From Mustelus asterias (taxonomy: Eukaryota): a stretch of DNA of 64,000 nt. Numbering within the stretch: position 1 is the first letter of the stretch; the number at the start of each line of letters is the position of its first letter. Shown one piece after another: positions 23,990 to 36,439 of this stretch. Location of the stretch: the NCBI RefSeq assembly GCF_964213995.1, contig NC_135810.1:101928001-101992000 (forward strand), given 5' to 3'. Made by a program: the position numbers and the translations under genes. The notes beneath the pieces are model-generated. The model searched no databases, was not told the origin of the DNA, and was given only the letters and a program-made list of their open reading frames with translations.

Positions 23990-25550
23990 GATTGCGAGGC
24001 AAAATGGTGAAGCCTGAGGATTGAGAGCAATTTCGAACCCAGCCAAGGAGGACCAAGAAACTGATTAAGAAAGGGAAAAAGAGAATGTAAATGCAAGCCA
24101 GTGAGAAACATGGAAGGTGGACTGCAAAAGCCTCTTTGGCTGTGTGAAAAGGAAAAGATTAGCCAGGATAAATGGAGGTCCATCACTGGTGACGACAGGA
24201 GAATGTATAGCAGAGAACAGGGGAAAAGCAATTTGTGTCTGTCTTCATGGAGGAAGATACAGAAAATCTCCCATGAATACTAGGGAACCAAGGGGCTTGT
24301 GAAAATGAGCACCTGAAAGACGTGAGTATCAATAAAAAGGTAGTACTCGAAAAGTTGGGTGGAAAAAGTTGATAAATCCCCTGGACCTGATGAGTTAGAA
24401 TAGTCATAGTCATAGTGGTTTACAGCATGGAAACAGGCCCTTCAGCCCAACTTGTCCATGCCGCCCAGTTTTTACCATTAAGCTAGTCCCAATTGTCCGC
24501 ATTTGGCCCATAAACCTCTATACCAATCTTACCCATATAACTGTCTAAATGCTTTTTAAGAGACAATGTTGTACCCGCCTCCACTACTATCTCGGACAGC
24601 TCATTCCAGACACTCACAACCCTCTGTGAAAAAATTGCCCCTCTGGACCCTTTTGTTTATCTCCCCTCTCACCTTAAACCTATGCCTTCTAGTTTTAGAT
24701 TCCCCTACCTTTGGCAAAAGATATTGACGATCTATCTTCTCTATGCCCCTCATTATTTTATAGACATCTATAAGATCACCCCTAAGCCTCCTACGCTCCA
24801 GGGAAAAAAAGTCCCAGTCTATCCAGCCTCTCCTTATAACTCTGCTATTAATTTATCAAAATCCAAGTCCACAGTCCACACTATGTTGAAGGAAGTGGCT
24901 AGAGATGGATGCAGTGGTGTTTGTCTTTCAACATTCTATAGATTCTGGAAAGGTTCCTGCAGACTGGAAAATAGCATATCTAACCCCCACTATTTAAGAA
25001 GGAAGGGAAAGGAAAAAAACAGAGAACTACAGACCTGTTATTTTGACGTTACTGGTAGGGAAAACATCAGAGTCTATTATAAGGGAGTGCAACAGAGAAA
25101 ACTGTAACAAACAATCAGACTAATCACTGGGCTTGTATTCTCTCGAGCTTCGAAGGATGAGGGGTGATCTCATTGAAACTTACAAAACTCTTCCAGGGCA
25201 CAACAGGATGGATATATATAGGATGTTTCCCCTGGCTGGCGAGCGAGAACCAGATGCCATTGTCTCAGTATAAGGGGCAAACCATTTAGAACTGAGATGA
25301 GGAGGAATTTCTTCACCTAGAAGGTGGCGAATCTTTGGAATTCGCAACCCCAGGAGATGTGGAAGCCCAGTCACAGACCATGTCCAACACAGAAATTGAT
25401 AGATTTCTGGATGCTAACGATGTCATAGGACATGGGGGGTAGCATAGGGAAGTGGTGTTGGGGAAGACAATCAACCATGACCTGACTGAATGGCAGAGCA
25501 GATTCAACAGTCCGAATGGTCTACTCTTGTTCCTTGTTCCTCTGTTGCTA
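23990..25550. mobile_element. Cluster of CR1 fragments (+ about 23990-24395 and 24880-25550; nested - copy about 24400-24840)
   Basis: aaatcccctggacctgatg (KSPGPD), aactacagacctgtta (NYRP), gaaggatgaggggtgatctcattgaaac (RMRGDLIE); minus copy has a CR1 tail. Confidence 0.8.
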
Positions 25551-25892
25551 TCACATAGAATAACTTTTACATTATTACATTAGCCATTGCATTGCAATTG
25601 TGTATAAGCGTTGAGTAATGCTGTGGAAAATATTTTCATATGACACGCATGCCCTTGAAGGTCATATGAACTTGAACTGCTTGTAAAATGAGCAACATAA
25701 CCTTAATGACATAATTACTGCCTCGCACTTGATCCTTATAGAAATACACCTCGAACTTTAATTTTATTTCATGTGTAAATTGATCCACTGAAAGTTACCG
25801 GCATTTATTATTTGACCTGTGGAAAACTATATTAAATGATCTATTTTCTGATGCTGCTTTCCCCCTCAAAGTTGCTGTGGTCTGAAGTAAAA

Positions 25893-26177
25893 TTTATCTA
25901 TTGGTGTCACAAGTAGGCAATGAAGTTACTCTGAAAATCCCCTAGTCGCCACACTCCGGCGCCTGTTCAGATACACTCAGGGAGAATTTAGCATGGCCAA
26001 TCCACCTAACCAGCACGTCTTTAGGACTGTGGGAGGAAACCGGAGCACCCGGAGGAAACCCCCGCAGGCACGGGGAAAATGTGCAGACTCCGCACGGACA
26101 GTGACCCAAGCCGGGAATCAAACCCGATCCCTGGTGCTGTGATGCAGCAGTGCTAATCACTGTGCCACCGTGCCGCC
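25893..26177 (-). mobile_element. V-SINE type B, full length
   Basis: Reverse complement of head, V-domain and type B tail. Confidence 0.9.
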
Positions 26178-27765
26178 CCAATGTTTCGATTTGGTAGGCA
26201 AACCCTGTTTATACTGCCATGGTCTTGCTGAAATAAATTCAGCATAACATTCAGGTATTGTGATTCTCACTCCACCGAGCTCCTGGCTATTTTCAGACTG
26301 ACCGTTATGAACGTAAACAAAGCTGAATCACATTTTACTATCTGTATGTCTCCAGACAACAGAAACGATTTATTTATAGCATGTTATATTTCTAAATTAA
26401 TTTGCTTTGGCACATTTATTTAGGATGGATTACAAGAAGCTGCTCTGCAAATACTCAGAGCGTCTTGTAAGTGGCACTGGCGGGAGTATTAGATCTTGCG
26501 TGGCTCACTGCAGCACAGGCTAATTCCATGTTATTTTAAATATTTGAAACATGCATTTCATTTCACATACTTCAGATAAACTCACTTCACCGAGACTGTT
26601 TTATTATGGCTCTCAGAGCTGCATGTTATAAACTTGCCATATTCAGATATTTAACAGCAGCATCATGACATGTCGAGCCTTATACTGAGTAAGAATGCTT
26701 TTATTATTCATGTTTGAAGGCTTTAAATAGCTAACATCTGCGCCAGCAAAGAGTACCAACCTCTGTCCAACATGCAGGCTTGCTTCAAGTTTCACTGCCG
26801 GCTGATATCCCATAACATTGCCCATGAATCAAAAGAGATAATAAATTTGTCTCTTGATTATGCAAATATTTCTCTATACATTCTCCACTCCCCAATTCTT
26901 CGTCTCTGTCTGTCGGTTCCTGTACTGATTTTTTTAAAATCTCACTCTTACTGAATCTCTCCTTTTGCAAATCGAACCTTCCACTAGAAATCTCCCTTTG
27001 CTATATGTCTTCTGTTCTTTGTAAATATCTGCCATACCATGTGTTCCTTTGCCATTATACATGCCTATTTTTTTATTTCTACATGTCGACCTGCAACATA
27101 ATTGAGTAATTCTTCTCTCTTTCATGTCTTATTCAAATTTTCTTTGCTTTATATTATCTTACTTAAGCTTCAGACACCCCATCTGTATTTCACTGTTAAC
27201 TGTCAAATCTGTTTGTTAAATCCACTCAGTGGGGTTAATTACATAGCACTGGTTCCAGTACAACACTCATGATGGAGGAAAGATATGGGTCACGTCTGGG
27301 AGAAGGGGAGTACAGGGAAAATATAATTCAAATATTGAAGAAAACCAAACGTAATTGGAGGCAATCAAAATAAATAATTTTAAAATAGCTACAAAAATGT
27401 GATGGTGGCTGGAAATGTTCTATTTATTGATGGTGCGTGGGGAATGAAAAGGGTGGAGGGGTGGGGGGGTGGGATAATAGTGAAATAAATCATTTTTAAA
27501 GTTAAGTTGAGGAATAGCGTTATGAAGAATTGACAGTGCGGATAAGGAGTGCAAATTAAAACACTAAAACAAGAAGAAACAATTGTGAATTTGCAAAATT
27601 GATCGTGAGAATCCTATTGTTCTGCGATATCATATGGTTAATGGATACCAATGCAGGCATCAGATGAGGCTCGTGTGGTTAACAAGAGCCAGTTTGTAAC
27701 AGGGTGGTGACAAAAGGACAGACAAAAACATTTTTTATAAGTAAGACAGACGTAGTACAGAATTT

Positions 27766-28170
27766 TATTGCTGGGAAAAGAGACATGGGGCCGGATTCTC
27801 CGACTTCTACTCTCAAGATGGGATTCTCTCGTTCCGCTGCAGTGGACGGAGATTTGGCTGAGCACCAAATTCTCCATCCTCACTGGCAGAAACGGCGGGG
27901 CGGGAGAATTCCGGTCACGATGTCTAAGCTTTTCATCTTGCACTCATCAGGACAGATCGCAAGATGACCAACAGTAAAGGGAACAACAACTAAAACTGCA
28001 TGAGAAAGAGAACCAATTGGTTCACAAGTGGACTCTGATTGGTAGAGGCAGCACTCTCTTCTCATGCAGTATAAATTGTTATTCTATTTACTGTTGCTCA
28101 TCTTGCAATCGGCCCTGATGAGTGCAAAATGAAAAGATTAGACGGCATGTCGCTTTTTTCAGCAATACTT
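27766..28170. mobile_element. Penelope-like family C fold-back terminal repeats, interrupted by a MITE (27787-27915)
   Basis: Arms tattgctg..aaaagagacatg / catgtc..ttttttcagcaata and ttgcactcatcagg / cctgatgagtgcaa; hammerhead cores on both strands. Confidence 0.75.
27921..27964 (-). ncRNA. Predicted minimal type I hammerhead ribozyme with loop-II pseudoknot
   Basis: Minus strand reads UCUUGCGA-UCUGUC-CUGAUGA-G-UGCAAGA-U-GAAA-AGCU-UA-GACA: core boxes, stem I UGUC/GACA, palindromic AGCU loop. Confidence 0.6.
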
Positions 28171-28224
28171 CAGATAGATATTTTTATATATCCCGTTTCC
28201 GCCTTGAAATGTTTCTTTTCATTT

Positions 28225-28645
28225 GTTCCTGGGATGTGGACATCCTTGCGTTTATTGCCCATTGTAGTTGACCTTGAGAAGGTGGTGAGCCAATAGCTAT
28301 GACTGTAACACTACCCTCTGCACCCTCTCCTTTCCTTCTCTCTGTACAGTATGCTTTGTCTGTATAATGCGCAAGAAACAATACTTTTCACTGTATACTA
28401 ATACATGTGACAATAATCAAATCAAATACCTTCTTGAATCATGGCTCTCTGTCTAGCGTAGGTACAACTATAGTGCTGTTAGGAAGGGAGTTCCAGGATT
28501 TTGTCCCAGCAATAATGAAGGGGCAGTGACATTGTTCAGAGTCAGGATGCTCCGTGACTTTGAGGGAACCTTGCAGATGGTGTTGTTTCCATGTGTCTAC
28601 TGTCCTTGTTACTCTAGGTTTGACAGGTTGCAGATTTGGGAGGTA
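28225..28645. mobile_element. CR1 3' fragment (-) with an inserted Rex1 3' tail (+, about 28293-28428)
   Basis: ccttgagaaggtggtg...ccttcttgaa is split by agctatgactgtaacactac...aatcaaatcaaat. Confidence 0.7.
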
Positions 28646-29179
28646 TGAATTATTTTATAACATATTATTCTATGCATCTCATTATATTTGTATAAATAAT
28701 TTACTTTATCATGAAAAATCTATAATTTTTAAAAAGTTAAACATATACATTTGTTTGAGTGTTCAGAAAAGAGAAATGGTTTCAGTTTAATTTAAGTTGT
28801 TTGAGTGCCTTGGTGCCTGGCGGTCTGGATGGACTCCTGACTAAAGAGTCAATTCTTTTGGGTTTGTTTGCATATACGCATTTTAAATAAGATTTTTTGA
28901 CTCGTGAAGTTAAAGAGATGGGTTAAATGGGGTTAAAAGTTTAGTGAATGTGGGGAGAAAAGGACTAAGTAGTCTTTGCCTAGCAACAGTGGTCCACAGC
29001 CACAGACACAAAAAAATAGTTGAGGGAAAGTTCACCGTGTGCCAGAGTGAAAGGACAGGATTTCTAAGCTCTCTGATAACAAAGACTGCGAGGCTATCGG
29101 GGTTGGTAGTTGACTGAATAGTTATAGAACTCAGTAAATGATCAGTTTAGCAGAAATATTACTAGCAGATTCAGATTAT

Positions 29180-29405
29180 NNNNNNNNNNNNNNNNNNNNN
29201 NNNNNNNNNNNNNNNNNNNNNNNNNNNNNNNNNNNNNNNNNNNNNNNNNNNNNNNNNNNNNNNNNNNNNNNNNNNNNNNNNNNNNNNNNNNNNNNNNNNN
29301 NNNNNNNNNNNNNNNNNNNNNNNNNNNNNNNNNNNNNNNNNNNNNNNNNNNNNNNNNNNNNNNNNNNNNNNNNNNNNNNNNNNNNNNNNNNNNNNNNNNN
29401 NNNNN
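29180..29405. other. Assembly gap (226 N)
   Basis: Run of n. Confidence 1.
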
Positions 29406-29697
29406 AAAGCAGCAAGTTTGGACTGCGATTTTTGAGTGTCTCAGGGAGAAATACGAGTTGGGTGACAAGCATTGAGCTAGTGCTCAGGAATTCACTGGAG
29501 GTAAACCAGTCATCAGCAGAATCCTGTGAATTTGTTCAGTAACTTTCCTCCATGATTTCTAAAGAAAAAAATTAGTACCTATCAAGCCAAGTTTCCCTCT
29601 GGGATCTAACTTGTCCAGTATTATCAACTTGGATTTGTGACATTTCACATACTTACAGTGGATCACTTCCATAATGTATTGGGGAGCAATATAATAA

Positions 29698-29997
29698 GGG
29701 TGGCACGGTGGCACAGTGGTTGCACTGCTGCCTCACAGCGCAAGAGACCCGGGTTCGATTCCCGGTTTGGGTCATTGTCTGTGCAGAGTCTGCATGTTCT
29801 CCCAATAGCAATGTAGGTTTCCTCCGGGTGCTCCGGTTTCCTCCCACGGTCCGAAAGACGTGCTGGTTAGGTGTATTGGCCATGCTAAATTCTCCCTGTG
29901 TACCCAAATAGGCGCCGGAGTGTGGCGACTAGGGGATTTTCACAATAACTTCATTGCAGTGTTAATGCAAGCCTACCTACGACACTAATAAATAAAT
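29698..29997 (+). mobile_element. V-SINE type B, full length
   Basis: Head, V-domain, ccgaaagacgtgctgg and type B tail. Confidence 0.9.
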
Positions 29998-30839
29998 ATT
30001 TTTCTAAAAATAAAAATTGCATTATGAGAGGTGAAATTTTACGAAAGTATAATCAGAAGTCATCAGGCATTGAAGGGGCACTACATTTTAACGCAGTTGG
30101 CACGGGGGAGTTGTAGAGTCCTTTTTTTTTACTTTTAGCGGAATGGTTTTAAGTTAACAAATCAAGACATATCCCCAAACAATTATTATGTCATGCAGTG
30201 ATGGAAGGCATTAGTTTTAATTGGATGCTGAGTTTGTTGACCATGTACTTAACCCGGCACAGAAGTTTTTTAAAAAACACTAGGTCAGGTTTGTCCATCT
30301 CTCTGCACGCTACAACTGAACAATTCAATAATGAGCAATGAGCTATGGAGGAGATTTATGTAAAACCAGAGGCTATACAGATTCAAGTGGTAATGTCATG
30401 TGCAACCTCAGGCATCAACTCTGTAATGTCATCCCATCTACAGCTAGTCTAATTGACGCTAGCCTGTTTGGCAGTGCGAGGTTAACAGTTATGTTGAGTA
30501 TTAATGGAAGCAGTGTTGCTATACAACTTTTCATTTGGAATGTTTGGGCAATAAAAATTCCATGTCATAAATATTTAAATCGACGGTGTGCCCGATTTCG
30601 CCGGCAAATTAGTGCCGGTAAGATCGCGAAAGGCGGGAAACCAGGCACGATCCTGATTTTCCGCCTCTCGCCCTATCTTACTGGCTCACCTCATCAATCG
30701 ACCGGCGGACCAGCCAGTAAGATCGTGCCCTATATATTTCATACAGACACATATATTTGGAGTCCACTTCCCTATTTCCAGTTACACTGCCTTATACGCA
30801 TTTGGTTTGCTTGCATTTTTAGATTCTGTATTTAGTTAT

Positions 30840-31540
30840 CTACCATCTCTGTGTAGTGAGGCTACTTGTTTGTCATCCAGTCCTGGATGAGGTGTAATTC
30901 CCTCCGATTAAACAATGGGAAGACCGAAGCCATCACCTTTGGCCCCCCTCCCCCCACCACAAACTCCACATGCATCACAACTCCAGGCCCTTCCCAACCA
31001 TTCTCCCAGGATGCACCAGTCTGTCCTGTTCGACTCCCAGCTAAGCTTCTACCCATGGGGGAAGATTAAACAGATTGTTTCACAGGCAGACAAATAACAG
31101 GAAAAATGGCATACGGTGACAGAGAAAGACAAATATTTAGGGGATTTTCACAGTAACCTCATTGCAATGTTAATGTAAGCTTACTTGCGACTAATAAATA
31201 AATGAACTTTAAATGTAGAGAATCAGTAACTGCCTGTCTCTGTTCCTACTTTAGACCATCTTCTGAAACTCTCAGTTGTGCCTCTGTTATCAGACTTGAC
31301 TGTGTCAAAGCTCATTAAAAAGTCGCTACACTTCAAAAGTACTTAACTAGCTGTAAAACTTTGAAATGTCTGGTGGTCATGAAAGGTGTCACATCTGTCT
31401 GATTTCTCTCTCTCCTGTCAGGTCTCCTATTTTCTATTCACCTGAAATTTCAGTCCATCCAAACCTGCTGCCCAGTTCCTCTCCCACACCTGCTCATCCA
31501 TTGCCCCATGTGCTCACTGGCCTGCATTAGGCTTCAGTCA
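30840..31540 (+). mobile_element. Old L2-like LINE fragments, with a SINE B tail (31140-31210) and a Deu-SINE-like tail (about 31320-31390)
   Basis: IQSWMRCNSLRLNNGKTEAITFGP matches the L2 RT C-terminal WM..N.L.LN..KTE motif. Confidence 0.6.
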
Positions 31541-32458
31541 CTATAGTTAGGAAAACCCACCAATGCCCCTACTTTCCCAGAAGACGAAGGAAATTTGGCA
31601 TGCCAGGTATGAAGCTCACCAACCTTTACAGATGCACCACAGAAAGCATTCTTTCTGGTTGTATCACAGCTTGGTATGGCTCCTGCTCTGCCCAAGACTG
31701 CAAGAAACTACAAAAGGTTGTGAATGAAGCTCAATCCATCACGCAAACCAGCCTCCCATCCATTGACTCTGTCTACACTTCCCGCTGCCTTGGCAAAGCA
31801 GCCATCATAATTAAAGACCCCACGTACCCCGGACATTCTCTCTTCCAACTTCTTCTGTCAGGAAAAAGATACAAAAGTCTGAGATCACGTACCGACCGAC
31901 TCAAGAACAGCTTCTTCCCCGCTGCCGTCAGACTTTTGAATGGACCTAACTCGCATTAAGTTGATCTTTCTCTACATTTATGACTGTAACACTCCATTCA
32001 GCACTCTCTCCTTTCCTTCTCTATGAACGGTATGCTTTGTCTGTAAAACATGCAAGAAAAACTACTTTTCATTGTATATAGGGCGGCACGGTGGCACAGT
32101 CGTTAGCACTGCTGCTTCACAGCTCCAGGATCCTGGGTTCGATTCCCGGCTTGGGTCACTGTCTGTGTGGAGTTTGCACATTCTCCTCGTGTCTGCGTGG
32201 GTTTCCTCCGGGTCCTCTGGTTTCCTCCCACAGTCCAAAGATGTGCGGGCTAGGTTGATTGGCCATGCTAAAATTGCCCCTTAGTGTCCTGGGATGTGTA
32301 GATTAGAGGGATTAGCGGGTAAAATATGTTGGGATATGGGGGTAGGGCCTGGGTGGGACTGTGGTCGGTGCAGACTCGATGGGCCGAATGGCCTCTTTCT
32401 GTACTGTAGGGTTTCTATGATTCTATGATTCTATTAATAAATAATAATAAATCAAATC
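31539..32458 (+). mobile_element. Rex1/Babar LINE 3' end, with an HE1 SINE inserted in its 3' UTR
   Basis: ORF 31600-31959 LTNLYRCTTESILSGCITAWYG...RLKNSFFP; tail aataataaatcaaatc resumes after 32436. Confidence 0.9.
32080..32435 (+). mobile_element. HE1-type V-SINE (tail A), full length
   Basis: gggcggcacggtggcacag...(attctatg)n tail. Confidence 0.93.
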
Positions 32459-33372
32459 CTCCAACATCTCAAAATTAAAGTTCTCTTCGTCATGGTGAAA
32501 TCCATTCATGGCCTCACCCCTGCCTCAATAATCTCCTCTTATCGCTCTATAAAAACTAATTTACCGAAAGTTTCAACTTCGCTGGAGAAGTAAAATGGTC
32601 ACTATCTAATCAGCTGCCCATGATGCATCCCCTCTGCTCCCATTTTTCTTTTGGAAAATCAGGCGGCCACGCAACAGGCAGCACCTCCAATAGTGCCAGA
32701 GTTGAAACCTCGGCGACGCTATGTTTTTCTTCGAAGAGGCACAACTTGCACCCTTGATTTTATTTCAGGAAAAGTTTATTCTGCAACTCCCAATATTTTG
32801 CTCCCAAACGTCCGAGAGTGAATGTTCCCGTACTTGCTGCTGGAATGGAATTCAGTGGAGACCCTGATGTCTTTGTGGACATGACAGCAGTCGGTGTCAA
32901 GTTTGATTCTGAGATTTTACTGGAGATCCAGCAGCTCTGGAAAGTTTGTGAAATTCTAAAAAGAAATGACAAAATGCTGTAAAACCAGACTGCTGCTCAT
33001 GATTTTGGTCAGAAGTATAAATGGGCTGCTTTTAAAAAGCAGAATGTCTGTTCCAAAACCAGATGGGCAATAAGAAAATTACAAAGCACCGCTATTGTCT
33101 CTCACTGGCTCACGGTGCGACCTCTTTATGGTTTTGCTGAACTATGCAATGACAAGCAAATCCAGACATTAATCCTGATACAAGGAAATTCCTAAAATTC
33201 TCAAATTGTTATGAAATCACTCTTGCCCGTCACAGTGCTGTTACAAAGTCTTGATGCTTTTCCACACTTTTTGAGGTCATTTCCACCTCTTGACCGGAAA
33301 ATTTCCCACTTCCATACCAAAGACGAGAACAAAGAGGAAGTAATCTCGATGCGAAGGAATTACATTGGTAAA

Positions 33373-33665
33373 GGCAGCACGGTGGCGCAGTGGTTAGCAC
33401 TGCTGCCTCCCAGTGCCAGGGACCTGGGTTCGATTCCCACCTTGGGTCACTGTCTGTGCGGAGTCTGCAAGTTCCCCCCATGTTGCGCGGGTTTCCTCCG
33501 GTTTCCTCCCACAGTCCGTAGGATGTGCTGGTTAGGTGCATTGGCCGTCCGAAATTCTCCCTCAGTGTACCTGAACAGGTGCCAGAGTGTGGCAAGCAGA
33601 GGATTTTCACAGTAACTTCACTGCAGTGTGAATGAAAGCCTACTTGTGGCACTAATAAATAAAAT
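33373..33665 (+). mobile_element. V-SINE type B
   Basis: Head, V-domain and type B tail. Confidence 0.88.
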
Positions 33666-33814
33666 TTAAATACTACAAAAGGGGGAAAGGAACCCACACT
33701 TTATAGAAGGAAACTGATTTTTTAAGTTTCTTTTCCCCTCACAGCAGCCTGCTATTCTGGTCTTCAAATTCACAGGGAATTTGGTACTGTGCATGCTAGT
33801 TGCATCACAAATGT

Positions 33815-34018
33815 GCAGATTAGGCTGGTGGGCCATGGCAAATTGTCCCTTAATTTCCCAAGATGTATAGGTTAGAAGAATTAGCGGGATAAATGTGTGG
33901 GGTTATGGGGATAGGGCCTGGATAAGATGCTGTGTCAGAGAGTTGGTACAGACGCGATGGGCCGAACGGCCTCCTTGTGCACTGTAAGATTTCTATCATT
34001 CTAAGTTCTATGATTCTA
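33815..34018 (+). mobile_element. HE1-type V-SINE, 3' half
   Basis: gatgggccgaacggcctccttgtgcactgtaag tail. Confidence 0.8.
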
Positions 34019-34204
34019 GCTATAACCTATAAGCCTCCACACTCAGGTCAATATTGTCAGCAATAATCCAAGTTTCAGAAATGGAAGTACGATAACTCGC
34101 AGAGTACACAATAGCTTCCTGCATTCCCGTGGTACCCATATCTTCAGGCCAGCATGCAGAAACTGTGAGGGTGGGATTACTGCTGATTTTGTGGCTCACA
34201 GTTG

Positions 34205-34535
34205 CTGAGAGATTGTTTCCCCTTGTGGGAGAGTCCAGGACCACAAGGCATAATCTCAGAATAAGGGGTCACCCATTTCAGACAGAGAGAAGGAGGAATT
34301 ACTTCTCTCAAGAGTGTAGTGAATCTGTGGAATTCTTTACTGCTGAGGGCTGTAGAGGCTGGGTCATTAATAATGTTCAAGGCTGAGACAGATTTGTAAT
34401 CAGTAAGGGAATCAAGGGTTATGGGGATAAAGCGGGAAAGTGGAGTTGCGGATTATCATATAACAGTCATGATCCCATTGAGTGGTGGAGCAGACTTGAA
34501 TGAGCCAAATGGCTTACTCTGCTCCTACGTCTTAT
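34205..34535 (+). mobile_element. CR1 3' fragment
   Basis: LFPLVGESRTTRHNLRIRGHPFQTERRRNYFSQ. Confidence 0.85.
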
Positions 34536-35387
34536 GGGAGAGGTTCCACTCCTCCCTTAACCCTACGTGGTGATGTTGCTGCCCAGTGCCTCCCTAACAC
34601 CATTTGCACTCGGCTGAATCATAAGTTCCAACCACAATTCAACAGCAGAGATTTTCTGGTTAATAATCTGTATCTCTATTCAAACTTCAGTTTTATAATT
34701 CAGATAAATCAGTCCTTTGGGTATATTTGAAGATTGTTGTATCCATTGGTACGTGCACATAGAGTAAATATAAACAGGCCGTCTCAGTTGGGAACATATT
34801 ATTTACCTCTATTAGCAATGGCCATTCATCACTTAAATCCTGCTGTAATTTGACACGATGTCAATGAGATGATAATTGCATTGCCGTATCTCCTTAAATT
34901 TTAACTGCAGCTTCGAAACCAAAAACACGTGCAATTTAAACAGCATTTACACGGAGAACTCCCCTGTTGACTGGCATGCATCTACCCCCCTGCTACCGTG
35001 CTGATTCAGGCTAGATTATGATTCCCTGGGCACCGGCATTTCGAATGGCCCTTCTGGACATGTTCCTGGAAAGCATACGTAGCACATTCAATTGCCGGGA
35101 AGTATCACATCTGAATTTAATCCTGCTCTCAATGAAAGTCCAAAGACGCACATGATTAGACAGCAATCCAGCTAATCATTTTCCTTCCACTAGTCCAAGG
35201 ATAATGATGATCATTTGTGTTCATTAAGTGAACACAGGTGTTATATGCAATGCATATGTTTGCAGATATAAAAAATAAGCTTTGTAGCGTATTTCTTTAG
35301 GAATATCTCAGAAATAAAATCACTTTTATTTTAAGCTGATGCACTACTGGTCAATTAGCAACCACACCCTTGCCAAATAATTGCCAT

Positions 35388-35848
35388 ACTAAGCTGATCT
35401 TTCTCTACACCCGAGCTATGACTGTAACACTATATTCTGCACCCTCTCCTTTCCTTCTCCCCTATGTGCTCTATGTATGGTATGTTTTGGCTATATAGCG
35501 CACAAGAAACAATACACAATACAATGTTGTATCCCAATACATGGCACGGTGGCACAGTGGTTAGCACTGCTGCCTCACAGCGCCAGGGACTTGGGTTCGA
35601 TTCCCGGCTTGGGTCACTGTCTGTGCTGAGTCTGCACGTTCTCCCCATGTCTGCGTGGGTTTCCTTTGGATGCTCTGGTTTCCTCCCACAGTCCGAAAGA
35701 CGTGCTGGTTCGATGTATTGGCCAGGCTAAATTCTCCCTCAGTGTACCCAAACAGGTGCTGGAGTGTGCCGACGAGGGGATTTTCACAGTCACTTTATTA
35801 CAGTGTTAAATAAATAAATAAAATGTGACAATAATAAATCAAATCAAT
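35388..35848 (+). mobile_element. Rex1 3' UTR with an inserted V-SINE type B (35542-35815)
   Basis: aagctgatctttctctacacc...aatacat, then the SINE, then gtgacaataataaatcaaatc. Confidence 0.85.
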
Positions 35849-36439
35849 TTTTTTTTAAAAACAGCTTGAAATGTGGAGGCTCTGGTAAAGTTATGCGAGT
35901 GTTACACTATTTTAAAAAAATATTTGAAATGGTCACCATAATTTCCTCCAAAGACTCTCATAGTGCAATAGTTGCATACTTTTGAACAGTTGCTGAATGT
36001 TTCTAAAATCAACGGTTGTTCCTTTAAATGGTGCCGATTCATAATTTCACATCCTTCCTCGTGATCCCCTCCCACACACATTAACATCCAGAAAGTTATT
36101 TTGGGTGCTCAGTCATTCGATGAACAGTTTACGAGTTCAAACCAGTGCACACTAGCTTTCCAACAGCATTGCTCAACTGAACTGACACCGTGTTCTCTAT
36201 TGACGTCCTTGGTAGTAACCCTGTTGTACTGCTTTGCTGCCGTTTCCATCTGTTTCAACCACAAATCTTTCGTAAAGTTCTCGTCCTGGTGGCCACGCAT
36301 TTCCAAACTTTCACTTCCATAATAAAGAATCGGGTGCTAGGTGCCATCATCATCATCAAAAATTTGACAGACATATTTCCCTTTTCAAAGAAAAAAAACG
36401 TCACTGATATGCTGCACACTCGGCATTTTAAAAAAAATT

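Noticed and set aside
29138-29542. ORFs spanning the N run
   Set aside because: Artefacts of the assembly gap.
28860-29660. Possible LTR around the gap
   Set aside because: Composition is suggestive, but I could not define TG...CA ends or a TSD.
30338-30835. 165-aa ORF
   Set aside because: Runs through a Harbinger-like MITE end (gtaagatcgtgccc near 30730); no protein-like features.
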